Translations under genes and position numbers: made by a program
Shown: positions 23,791 to 36,200 of the stretch, piece after piece
Layout: the number at the start of each line of letters is the position of its first letter
How positions within the stretch are numbered: the stretch's first letter is position 1
The notes under the pieces: model-generated
The model's database searches: none
The model's input: the letters and a program-made list of their open reading frames with translations, nothing else
What the model was told of the DNA's origin: nothing
Source of the DNA: Malacoraja senta
Taxonomy: Eukaryota
Assembly: GCA_038087875.1 (NCBI GenBank)
Contig: CM075998.1
Span: 1,612,084-1,676,000 of the forward strand
DNA length: 63,917 bases
Direction of reading: 5' to 3'

Positions 23791-26700
23791 GGAAAATAAG
23801 AGATAATCTGAAAACAGCTATGAGCCCAGGTGCTTGGAGTAAGGCAGCAGCTGCCAACCACTGCGCAGCCCCATAAACTACCCCACACCTATTCTGACAT
23901 AGGTTTGATAAAGCAAAGCAAGCTGAGGATTAAACCTGAAATCTCACTAGTTACTGGGTTCAATAATTCAAAAAATATATAAAAGATCATTTTAACATTA
24001 AAAATTGTAGACCAGGGTGAATGGCACACTGCAAGGCGAGCCGGGGAATTATCACAACTTGCCCACTGAAGTAGAGCAATAAAGCAAAACCTGCAGTATG
24101 TTAGCCCGACAGCTCACTACCACCAGCGTTGACCCTGTCCATGAGCTATCCTACAAGCATAGCAACAATCAGATAAATGCTCCATATTAAAATGGGAGAA
24201 TAGGTACCCTATCACATTAAATCTCATCAAAATTTACCATTTTAGCACCCATTCCAAACAATTCTAGTAAAACCCTTCAAAAAGGAATATAATTCAAAGA
24301 TTGCATTTGTAAAGTGTACAACAAGACAGTTGAATCGTGGGCCAGTTTACAAAACTCAAGATGAAATATTACCCCTTCTTTATTACAAAGATAATAAAGC
24401 AGGGGGAAAAAAAATCCAATGACCCAAGAACAACTTGTTCTTCCCCTGTAACATAGGAACATTATGATGAATCACTGTTATGGGTGAATGGAAATCAAGA
24501 GATTTAAGGCTTTAAATATTAGCAGCCTCAATAAACCATTTTAAATTCGTTTTAAATGAACACAAAATATATGCATGTCTGAAAATAGTGGTATTTGCAT
24601 AAAAACAGCAAGAACAGCGGGAGAAACCTATGCAGTTTTGTTAATGCTTGCAGAAAGCAGGCTGCCATATTTAGGACCTGTTGAATATGTTGCAAAAACT
24701 AAATCTTGTTTAGTTCAATTGATCAGTATTTTATGCGCCTTTATGCATTGTGACGGATAGAAATAAACAGAAATACAACTTATTTTGCAAATTGCCGCAT
24801 TCTTAAAATATTTATAGACAGGCAAATGCCAGCTGCTTTGAGGAATTTCAAGTGACCATGGAAGAAAGTCAATTGAACATAAGGTCATTGTAAATAAGTA
24901 GCACCGATACAGTAGTGATCAAACCCGACGTACCTGTTGGCATAGCAATTTGGGATTACCATGGTCATTGTAAATAGTTTCACTTCCAACTTCATATTTT
25001 GCCAAATTTCATTAAAACTAACATAATTTCGCTCATATCCAATATTAAATTTCCATTGCAAACAATTCAAGACAGAAATCTGTTTCAAATAATAAAATCT
25101 TGCACAGCTGAAAACCAGAGGGTATTTCATTTTGTAGGTATCAATGAAAGACATTGTACAAAAGAAAAAAACATTTCAGAAATGCAGTTATCACCTACCT
25201 GCATGTGACATCCAACAGAAACACATTCAGGCGAATCATGGAGGGAACATGCTTGCAATCCATTCTCCATCCTAAATTACCCCACAATCTTTTGTCGCAT
25301 TGTTACTAATATATGAAAGAAACCAATACAGCAACTCACAACAGCCATAGCCCAACCTATACAAATAACCATGACAAATGATCGCAGATCATGGCGTGGA
25401 AGCGACTCATTTTATCAAACAGCAGATTTCCTATGGTGCTGCTCAGTCTGAATTCTTTTTAAACGGATATTCGAGTGGAAGCGATTCCAATTTCCACTGA
25501 AAAGAATGCCAACAAGTAAACCATTTAAAGCAACTAAGAAGCGATTTTTGATTGGTTCCCCTACAAGCAACACAAAAGGGAAGCAGGTGGTACAAAGGAA
25601 AAGAAAGCAGGAAGCACAGGAAAGAGCCTCTTAAAACTCATTCCATACCATCACCCTCCGTACCCAAACACCCCACTTCTCCCAACCAAAGATTACGTGA
25701 CTTATTTTTGTTTGCCTGTTATAATGTTTTAACAGAATGAGCATAGGGGGCAATGCGTTGAATTACTAGCAATTTAGCTTGAAGTCCAGTGGACAAGATC
25801 CCCTGAGCTGTACACTTGGAATAAAGACCAAGCCAAAATTATCTGTAGCGGAGATATCTAGATTTTGAATGGATTTGGCACTGAAGTAAAATCTTCATAA
25901 TGAAGGCAATAGAAAGATAGAAAAGATGATTGACTAGGTATCATCGTACAATTACATCTTTGAATTGAATTTATAATTTAGTTGACACCTCAGCACAGAT
26001 AGTAGGTTGGCTACTCAGTGCAGTACCAAGGTGCTTAAATTAATGTTGCAACCTCTCATATCTTAAACCAAGGACCTAACTGGTCTCAGGAGAGCATAAA
26101 ATATCCTGTTACTATAATCAAGAAACTATGAATTCTTCCAGTATCCAGACAGCGTCTTCGTCTAAATCGACATAATCAAAAACAGATCTTGTGGCCTTTT
26201 GCTTCTTATGCCATGGATCTGTGAATGCTCCCACATTTTCTGGTATGTAGCCAAATCAAATGCACCAGTAGCAATACCATTAAGGAAAAAAACTCATGGT
26301 GCTTCAGTTTTGTTGTTATTGCCACTGGTTTCCTGCCATTCTCCTCCACTACGCACCGACGGAACGCCCTTCTGTGTGCCACATTGGTAATTCCTATTTG
26401 GACTTTTTCATGGTGTGCAATATTGGCACATTGCCAAATTTAATAGGAAATTTACAATCCTAAAGCTGGGAGTTAATAGAGATGATGGAGAGCCTACCCA
26501 AGATTAGCAATTACAATTTTTTAATTAAAATTATATAACAGCTTTGTCATGGCAGATCATGGACATAATGCAAAAAATAAAAATGTTATTAATCTTTCCT
26601 ACATAGTTTATGTTCAAAATGCCTTCAATATTTTCCATTTTGTTGTTCTACACGTCTGAATAGGCCAACTTAATTTCACATTAATTCAGAGAGAAATTAC

Positions 26701-26869
26701 TGATGCGAAGATATCAACCCAAAATGTTGCTGCCTGATCGACAGAGCATTTCCAACATTGCTCTTTTACTTATTACCCATGGTTTGACCTATCTCAAATA
26801 TGCACTACAATTATATTATTAAAACTACAATTCCTACTATGCGATAGATTCTGGAACTTGCTTTTAGAG

Positions 26870-27170
26870 TGCAGTCGGGCAGCGGTAGAGTTGCTGCCTC
26901 ACAGCGCCAGAGACTCAGGTTCGAGCCTGACTACGGGTGCTTGTCTGCAACGGAGTTTGTATGTCCCCTCCGTGACCTGTGTGGGTTTTCTCCAGGATCT
27001 CCGATTTCCTTCCACACCCCAGACGTACAGGTTTGTAGGTTAATTGGCTTGGTATAATTGTAAATTGTCCCAGTGTGTGTAGGATAGGGTTAGTGTGCGG
27101 GGATCACTGGTCGGCGCAGACTCGGTGGGCCAAGGAGCCTATTTCCGCGCTGTATCTCGAAACTGAACTA
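26870..27170 (+). mobile_element. tRNA-derived V-SINE (HE1-like) with CR1-type tail
   Basis: tRNA-like head gcagcggtagagttgctgcctcacagcgccagagactcaggttcgagcct, V-domain-like core ggagtttgtatgt...tgggttttctcc...tttccttccacac, and tail gggccaaggagcctatttccgcgctgtatctc. Confidence 0.85.
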
Positions 27171-27962
27171 ATGAGCGTTGGTGGATTAGCCAGTGTTTCT
27201 AAGCCCCGATCCTCCCTTATCACCATTCTTGTAAAATGACAGAAAATCTCTGAAAAACATATACCACTGCAAACTCCTGTCCCATAAGCACACAAGATGC
27301 TGTGATTGCAACCAGACATTGGCATCTTTGCTATCCCCGTGTTTCATGTTTTACAAATTTTAATCGTCGCCTGGGAGAAAAATCAATTTGTGCTAGCTGA
27401 TCAACTTTTTTTATTCAGCAAGATATAGATGCAGCCAAAAATAAAGTTGTCTGGAGAGCAAACAATAATCTACCTGCTGGAAGAACTCAGCAGGTCAGGC
27501 AGCATTGTTTGAGGGGAATGGACAGGTGTTCAGGGTCAGAACTCTTCTTCAGACTGAAAAATGACTGCTTTGACTTTGCTTCAGTTTTTACACTTCAATC
27601 TACTTCCTTTGTTATTAAATCTCATTCGGCAAGCAAAGAGTGATTTTCTGAAAAGAGTAGGGTTACTTAATGTTACAGATATTTTGAACTAAAACAGCAT
27701 TAATAATAGATACTTAAATGTGGTTAAATATGCCAGAAAATGGATCTAATAAGCCTTTAAAGAATATAATTGCGCCACAAAAGTTTTCATTTTACGTGAA
27801 GACTCACAAACAGATGCAATTGGTAGAAAATTATTTTGGTATTTTCCCACTGTGATTTTTCTACACTAGCATAAAAGATTGCAGATTTTAAATTTGCAGT
27901 GTAGAAATCCATTCTCAATTATGGCATGAGTGATCGATTTGCTCACAAACGTTAACCCCAAT

Positions 27963-29008
27963 TAGGCTGTGGGCCGAGGAGCTTTATTCCAGTGTTTCGT
28001 GACCCAAGTCACCAAACTACATTAAATTTTCACATATTGTGTAAAAAAATCATATAAATCACCCCTGAAACTCGTCATGAACAAGACTTGCACATTTTCA
28101 TTAAATTAGAGAAAAAACGGAACATTTTCGGGTATTTTTAGTCCAATCAAAGCACGTTTAACATGGAGTTGTATGCCAGATGGCCAATCACGCGCTTTGT
28201 TTCAGGCTAGCTAGGCAGGGAGCACTGAGAGGGCTTCACAGATGCCTGTTTTACTGGAGATTCCGATGAAGATTTTTTTCTAGTTCTGTGGAATACATGT
28301 CGTGGAAACTAGCAGCAGGGTAATTGAATTTAGTGAGAAAAGCATGAAGAAGTCTGAAAAATGTGCAGCTACATGGAAGAAAGTCTTGAAAGCAATGTCC
28401 CTGCCTGAGGTGCTGCTGTCAAATTTTGTGAATCAACTGGAACTGAAAAGGTAAGATCTAAAGTCTGAATTTATGAAAATTAATCTGTATGCACTTTAAT
28501 TATTTTAATTGCACCTTTATAATGTGAAAAAATGAGATTTGGAGGCTGTACATTCACTCATTCATTCACATTCATTCACTTTCATACAGTCACCTGTTGC
28601 TAGCTGCCTCCACCTTCAGTCCGGTATCTTTTTGTTTTTTTGTTGTTTTTGTTATGTTTGAAGAGCGTTTTTTGTGTTTAAAAAAAAAATGTTTTTATGT
28701 GGGGGAAGAGGGTACGATAAGGGGGATACCGTCCTTCAGTCGCTTCCTTGAGAGGATGCGACTATTATTCGAGGGAAATAGGTTGCCCATGCTGTAATAT
28801 GGGCATTGGCCACTAGATGGTGCTTACTTTCCCGATCTTATTTTCTAATTAGTTTAATTAATTAATGTGCAGCTTTTGGCAATGACGAGTTATGACATCC
28901 TTCTCACTTATATTTCATCTAAATCTGTGGAAAATGTCATGTAGTTTGGTGACTTGGGTCACGAAAACTGGATTCTAGACACATTTTTGATGCTCGGCCC
29001 ACAGCCTA
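27963..29008. mobile_element. non-autonomous DNA transposon (~1.05 kb) with terminal and subterminal inverted repeats
   Basis: TAGGCTGTGGGCCGAG (27963-27978) / CTCGGCCCACAGCCTA (28993-29008). Subterminal TTTCGTGACCCAAGTCACCAAACTACAT is inverted at ~28938-28965. Possible TA target duplication. Superfamily not assigned. Confidence 0.85.
28807..28825 (+). promoter_or_regulatory. CTCF-like motif
   Basis: TGGCCACTAGATGGTGCTT versus consensus TGGCCACCAGRKGGCRCTA. Confidence 0.5.
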
Positions 29009-29713
29009 CAATGTCTTTCAATTTATTTACCTCAGTCACCAAAGTTACCAGAGATAAAATAGTGGAACCATAGTAAATGGCCAAATACACTGCCAGGATA
29101 GAGAGCAAAGGCTACAGAAACTAGTGTATTTTTTAAACATTTACTTCCAAACTTGGGAAGAGAAGTTGAATTCAGAGTTACACAGCAAAGGTCATAACAA
29201 CAATTGAAGACGAGGGAATTACGTAATAAAGGTGCAAGGTATTTTTTACTAATACCACAAATAATTAAACCCCTAATCCCAAGCAACAAAAGGATTGTAC
29301 GTTAACAGGCAAAAACAATACAAGATGTGGCACACGGAGAAAAAGGAGGCAATAGAGTGGAAGGCGGAGAGGAGCAGACAGGGAAAGAAACAGACTCAGT
29401 TGCAATTTTTCTTTAAATGAGCAACGCCAGAGGAGATCACCTGCGAATCATAGAAACCAATAAAATGTTCCCATTCTAAATATTACGACGACAGGTTAAT
29501 GAAGCCTTTACGTTCATGCTCAGATGATCCAAGTATCGCATACTTCCTTCCCTCCATCACCAAACGGGTATCCCCTCCCGGCGAAGATCCATTTGCCCAT
29601 TACATGGAGACCACATTGGAAGTGGTCTCTCACAAAATAAAATGCATTCGAAAAAAAGGGGGTTACAGTATCAGGAGTACAATCAAAATAGGAGCTATTG
29701 TCACTCTTAATTG

Positions 29714-30420
29714 TTATCGTCGATCTATATATCTAAGCATGTGCTTTGATGAACACAGACTCGGTCGCTCCAGATTGTAGCTGTGAGAAGCAGCAGGAAC
29801 CTCACTATCGCCTTGCTTGGATTTAAGGCCGCAATGGCGCCTTTAGGCCTCGACTTCCTGTTACAATTAAAACGCCTCCCGGCCGCAGACAAATGCGGAC
29901 TCTCTCCGCACAACGTTTGCACATTCAAATCGAGAATGCCACGGGTACATTAAAGTGCATGAAAACTCACAAACCAGGGCTGGGATACCTATACAGTTCG
30001 GCTCGGCTTCTTCCCTCACAGCTCCGACACAAAGAGGCTCTACGCAGGTCCTCCCAGTAAAGGGTAACTTCGTGACTGGTCCTCCGAGCCAAGAGGAAAC
30101 CCCGGTCCCCTGCCGCCCGCCGGCTGAAGGCAACACCAACACCTTTGACGGCAGACACAGTGAAAAAGCCTGGCATTGCCTGGCAATACCAAAGAAATGA
30201 TAAACAGCAAACCTTAATGAAGTTTGGATCGGTCATTTAAAAATGCATCGTTTGAGAAAAATGCATTATTTTCTATGTGGCCTTCCAATAACATTTTAAA
30301 TCAGTGAACCCCCTTTAGATTAAATCTAGAGTGCAGATGTATTCTCTGCAATATAACCATAACCAATCCTTCCACATTTTAAACAGGAAAATGCAAGCAT
30401 TGAAGTTTATTTAAACATCG
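29714..30420 (-). repeat. copy 2 of duplicated CpG-rich block / probable 5' exon of the 22.8-kb pseudogene
   Basis: Identical to 14898-15529 at offset 14816, then a 9-nt indel and one mismatch up to 30420. Confidence 0.85.
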
Positions 30421-31939
30421 ATTTGACTGCCCGTGTTAAAATAACAAAAGCAAACCCAATTGGAACGTGCCTTCCCCCTTTTTCCAACTGCTCTATGTTG
30501 TAATATAAACTTTGATGCACAAAACAGAAATGCTAGGCACTTTTGAAATCATGACAGTTTACGAACTGTTAATGTTTAAAGGAGCCGTTCTTGTATTCAT
30601 GATAAGAAATAGAACTCTCGGAATAAGGGGTAGTCATTTAGTACCAAGATGAGAAATTACTCCATTCTGAGGATATTGGGGTCTCAGTCATTGTGTTCAT
30701 TCAAAATGATCAATAGATTTCTGGATAATAAGAGAATTATGGATTTCTACAGCAAAACCAATAACCTGCGATCCAACCATTCTTGATGATTCGGCTTCTG
30801 GTCCACCAAATAATATTTGTCACACTACGCTTTCATTCACTGGGGCCCTGATTCCTGCTCTCGTCTTCATTTACCCAAGCCCCAGATTCCATCCTCTCTC
30901 CCACTCATTAAGGTCCCCTTTCCCCTTATACTCACCTGGGCCCCAGTTCCCACACTCCCTTCCACTTTACCTGATTCACTAGAACGTTTATCATACTGTA
31001 TAAGATTTAAAAAGTGAATGGAAAGAATGTTGAAGTAATTAATATCAATAACATCCAGTAGTCTGGAAATTCTGCCAGTTCAGCACCATCAAAACAATGA
31101 ATAAGCCGAATTGTCGAAATTTTACTGAATATAACTCAGGGAAATGGAGACAAAATGCAAAATTAACAAAGATCTTGATGAATGATAGAACAAAGCCAAA
31201 GCATCAATTGGCCTATTCCTGTTTCTTGTTGCTTTGATTTTATGAGTTTCAAAACTAAGAATATTTAAGTAAAAATATAAAACTAGATATATAATTGAAT
31301 AAAAATTATTACTGAACCAAACATAATTTTTTTTAAATTACTCACCTTCCCTTTTCCAGTGGTGTCCCAGATTCTGAGCTGCAGAATTTGAAAGGTGATT
31401 TCAGTTTAAATTGTGATAAATCTCAGCAGCGAGGAACCCCACCATCGGATTGTGTGTGGCTGTGTTCAGCCCTAACAAAATATATACTAAGTGCAGACAG
31501 CACTGTTCGTAGTAATAAAAATAATCAAGGAAGAAAAGTTAGTGCAGGCAAGTTGTGGTGCAGTAGTAGCTTTGGGAAGGTACCAGGGGCCCGTGCAGGC
31601 ATAATGTAGCAGCTATCCAACAATTGGAAGTGCATCAGGAAAAAAAAATCATGATCATGTTAGGAATTGGAGGGAATGGTAGTCAAACAGACTAATGCTC
31701 AAGGAATGTTTCCACAACTTTGAATTTTTGTATAAACTACCAACTGAATCTTGACTCATGACAGCAAGATAGATACAGTAGCCATGAAGAAATGTGGAGA
31801 AAACAAGGGCCAGATTAAACAGTGAAAAGTCAAAGTAGCTGCTCTTTCAGTATCTAATCCAAAGGGAGAGTAGGACTAATCTAACAATGAGAATGCTGCC
31901 ACTTGCTGAGCCCCAATCCTTGTAACAACACTTCCTCCT

Positions 31940-32905
31940 CAATAGCCACTCGTACAAGGGAAACTCAAGGCTGTGAGATCAGTTCCCTGCTCTATACCCA
32001 TGATTGTGTAGCCAAATCCATTTCCAACTCCATCTTTAACTTCGCTGATGTTAGACGAATTACGGGTAATAATGAGTCAGAGTATAGGAGGGAGATCGAT
32101 CGTCGGATTGCATGGTTGCAGAACAACAACCTTGCTCTCAACATTAGTAAAACCAAGGAACTGATTGTTGACCTTAGAAGAGGATGGCCAAGGATCCACA
32201 AACCTATCTCCATCAACGGGTCGGTGGTGGAGAGAGTTGACAACCTCAAGTTCCTGGGCGTGCATATCTCTGAAGATTCGATCTGGACCCAGCACATTGA
32301 TGCAATCATAAAGAAACCCTATCAATGCCTCTACTTCCTTGGAAGATTGAAGAGACTCGGTATGTCGACGAATACTCTTAAACTTCTACAAGTGTATGGT
32401 ACTGGTTGTATCATGGTTCAGCAACTCAAACCCTCAGGAACGAAGATTACAAAAAAGTGGTGGACACCACTCAGACCATCATGGGTATTGACCACCCCAC
32501 CGTCGAAGCGATCTATAGGAGGCGCTGCCTCAGAAATGCAGCCAGCATCATCAAGGACCTACACATCCCTGACCACACTCTGATTTCACTCATGCCATCA
32601 GGAAGGTGGTATAGGAATCTGAAAACTCTAATTCCAGGTTAAGGAACAAAATTTTCCCAACAATCATCAGGTTATGAACATTACAAACACCAAGTCCGTA
32701 ATGCAACCAAGACTACAAACTATCTTGGTTGCACTCGGGTCTTTGGGCTTTTGCTTTGTTTTGCACTTTAGTGACTTTTCCCCCCCATTTATTTAATTAT
32801 TTTTCATTTATTATATTATTTATCGAGTACTGCATTTACAAACCCGTTGCAAACCCAAGCAAGAATTTCCTTGTTCTCTCACATATGACAATTAAACACT
32901 CTTGA
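31940..32905 (+). mobile_element. decayed Rex1/Babar-type LINE RT fragment
   Basis: QGC..SSLLYTHDC, FNFAD, NNLALNISKTKELIVD, KFLGVHISED, LYFLGRLK, LMPSGRWYR. 3' end caattaaacactcttgact. Confidence 0.85.
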
Positions 32906-33419
32906 CTCAAGGCAACCTACAATGACAGCTCAGGTCATTTGTTGGATAGAATAGTGAGATAGCACCTCCCCTGTACTGCCATCTGCAGGGCATTTCTAGT
33001 AAGGAAGACACTGCTAAAAATTGGGACTGAATCTTATGTAGATTGCTATATACCAATTTATCAAAACTTTTCATAAAGTAGTGTATCGAAACATTGTACA
33101 ATCAATGCCGTTGATTATTTTCCACAATCTTACACCGTGGAAAAGGCATGTGACCAAAGTCCTAAACAAAAATTGGAAATTCACTGGTTGCACAGAACAC
33201 TTGGGCGAGTTCTCTTCATTATATAAATGCCATATACATCAATAGCATTATTTTTTAAAGGACAAAAGGGATTATCTTCTAAACACTGGAGTAGGTCGTA
33301 TATGCAACAGTGGAAGTCTAAAATCATTTAGCAATAGGTTAAGTACTTAAATCAATAAAATCAGCCAGTATGTTAGGACATAACCGGGAGATCAGGTAGG
33401 TTAAGGCAGACTGAGTGGA

Positions 33420-33805
33420 CTCCGCTCCCATTCCCAATCTGACCTTTCTGTCCTGGGCCTCCTCCATTGTCAGAGTGAAGGCCCAGCGTAAATTGGAAGA
33501 ACAGCACCTCATATTTCGCTTGGGTAGCTTGTTCGTACCCAGCGGTATGAACATGGACTTCTCTAAATTCAAATAGCCCTTGCTTTCCCTCTCTCCATCC
33601 CCTCCCCTTCCCAGTTCTCCCACCAGTCTTACTGTCTCCGACTACATTCTATCTCTGTCCCGCGCACTCCGACATTAGTCGGAAGGGTCTCGACCCGAAA
33701 CGTCACCCATTCCTTCTCTCCAGAGATACTGACTGTCCCACTGAGTTACTCCAGCATTTTGTGTCTACCTTTGATTTAAACCAGCATCTGCAATTCTTTC
33801 CTACA
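33420..33805 (+). mobile_element. Penelope-like element 3' fragment: GIY-YIG endonuclease C-terminus plus terminal repeat
   Basis: DLSVLGLLHCQSE / QRKLEEQHLIFRLGSL / PSGMNMDFSKFK* (stop 33574-33576), followed by the same gggtctcgacccgaaacgtcacccattccttctctccagaga arm found in the palindromic elements. Confidence 0.85.
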
Positions 33806-34531
33806 ACCTTTATCATGAAGTACTCCCTTAGCACTGCGCTGAAGCTTTAATCCAGGACATTTCCACTCAGGTTAGAATGAGCCACAAATGGCCTGACAGC
33901 TTGGGGAAAGAAAAAAAAATTAAAAATTGGCAGCTGATTTACTTTTGCTTATTTTGTGTTAGCGCCCCAAATAAATTTATACCGTACATACCAGACCACA
34001 GGCTTGAACTGTGGTATTTTTACTCACCTGAAATTCCTTGAGAAGTTAATATACCTTCATGTTCTTGCTGCCACTGCATCCAGTTTCCATTAGCTTTAAA
34101 TATGTATATGCTTTCTTTTTCACCTTTATTTTGTGTGGATCCTTGTATTGTTTTGCAGCTTCCAATTTAAGCACCTAGTTCAGGAGTGCAAATTATCCTT
34201 CTCCTGCATTCATATTTATATGACGATTCGGACCTCTAAATATATTGTCACATCCATTGCAAATGCCAGTACTTATACGTAGGCCTGCACTTCCTGTGAA
34301 CTGAATGAAGGCCTTGAGTCAAAGTACCCAGGGATTGTAGTCTCTTGGAGCACAACCATCTCATTTATTTTTGGATTACATTGCAGGAATCTCAATGAAA
34401 TGTGTCAATTAAAATTATTAACAACAGTCACACTAGACACTTATATGACAGGCATAATGATCAAATATTTATTTGTCGAGATCCATCAACAGAAATGAGG
34501 GGGAAATAAACAAATTGTTCTTGATTTCTAT

Positions 34532-34610
34532 ACCTGTTGGCATCTTTCAGTTTTAAAATCTATTTTTTTTCAGGAAAAATAGATTTTAAAACTGAAAGAT
34601 GCCAACAGGT
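34532..34610. repeat. perfect 36-bp inverted repeat with 7-nt loop
   Basis: acctgttggcatctttcagttttaaaatctattttt - tttcagg - aaaaatagattttaaaactgaaagatgccaacaggt. Confidence 0.95.
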
Positions 34611-35277
34611 TTTCAGGAAAAAAATCCAGTAAGATTTTTAGGAAAATTAAAAAATCTAAAAATTACTACATTTATTAGTACAAATTGTTAGTTTTGCCCT
34701 AATTTTCAGATGGTCTAACTTTGTGCAAGCTCACAGTTCTTGATTAATAGCAGTAGCTTTTGTCAATTTAATCACATCAATATTTGAGCAAATTAACAAT
34801 GGGAAACTTGGCTGATGAAACGCATTTGACAATATTTTATTCTTTAAAAAATACTTATTCCATGGTATGTACAGTGACTGAATAAATCAAATTCAATCTT
34901 CATTGCATGATATTGCATGACGTACTAAGATTTGGGGAAATGCAATAAAAACTTTGTTATTTTCACATTTCTATAATGATCAAATATTTTTGTATATATT
35001 CTTTAACCCTGATATTTGATTTTAATCCTCAGATCTATTTAAAATTTGAAGAGCTGCAGCAAGATGGTTAACAAAATGTAACAGGATGCAATAGGTGCCT
35101 GTTGTTTAAGAATGGTAGGATTATTGGGGTCCAGGGATATTCGAATCAACAGGGTTTATTCCCCCAGAGTTTGGCTGCAGTGTCAGCTGAGATTGTGCAC
35201 TTAAATCTTAAAAGTTGAACTTTAATTCTTACCCAATTCATGAACATGAAGTACACACAACATACAAGAAGTAAACA

Positions 35278-35445
35278 TAAGGAACTGCAGATACTGGTGT
35301 ACAAAATAAAGACACAAAGTGTTGGAATAACTCAGTGGAACAGACAGCAACTCTTCAGAAGGGTCCCGACTTCAAACATCACCTATCCGTGTTCTCCAGA
35401 GATGCTGCCTGACCTGCTGAGTTACTCGAGTACTTTGTCTTTTAT
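35278..35445. mobile_element. Penelope-derived palindromic short element
   Basis: aaggaactgcagatactgg...taactcag / ...gatgctgcctgacctgctgagttact. Confidence 0.75.
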
Positions 35446-36006
35446 TCTACATATCAGAATATTTTAAAAAGAAAAGGGGACACCTGACAACTTGTACAGC
35501 ATCCTCCAGCATTCTCTTTCCTGGTAACATTGGAGCAATGCTTTATTTTTGTACACCAGCAATACTCCAATGTGCAAAGACAAAAAGCAAAGAATAAATG
35601 TTGCAAATTCCAATCATTTGACATCTTCCAGCTCCTTTTGTAGTGGATTTACTTTATTCTAAACTGAAGTTGTTAATTGCACAGATGTTGACGTGGTGTA
35701 TTATTAAATTTGCAGTGAATAACAAATTTGATATTTGCTTTGACTTTTACCTGGCCATTTGCTAAGATTTTGGTGGGGATTGATTTGAATTCTATTCAAA
35801 AACAAAGCAAAGATTATGAACAAGAGCAAGGTTAGGTAAAACTGGTAAAATGTTCTTCACTGCAACAACCACATTATGCTATCCTCCTATCCGGTGGAGT
35901 ACATCTAGCTACAGCTCAAAGCACAATGCAAGCAACAAGAGGAATCATTATCAAACAATAAGGGGACACAGCTATCATTTTAGGCCAGACTATAGATGGA
36001 GTCATG

Positions 36007-36200
36007 TGTAGGGAGGAACTGCAAATGCTGGTTTATACTGAAGATGGACACAAAAAGCTGGAGTAACTCAGCAGGACAGGCAGCATCCCTGGAGAAAAGG
36101 AATGTGTGACGTTTGGGGTCTCAACCCGAAATGTCACCTATTCCTTCGCTCCAGAGATGCTGCCTGTCCCGCTGAGTTACTCCAGCTTTTTGTGTCTATT
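36007..36200. mobile_element. Penelope-derived palindromic short element
   Basis: gacacaaaaagctggagtaactcagcaggacaggcagcatc / gatgctgcctgtcccgctgagttactccagctttttgtgtc. Confidence 0.8.

Noticed and set aside
26870-26935. tRNA gene
   Set aside because: The tRNA-like head continues into SINE core and tail; no complete cloverleaf
31903-32583. 226-aa ORF as an intact gene
   Set aside because: Degenerate Rex1/Babar RT with a broken catalytic motif (FADV in place of FADD) and frameshifts
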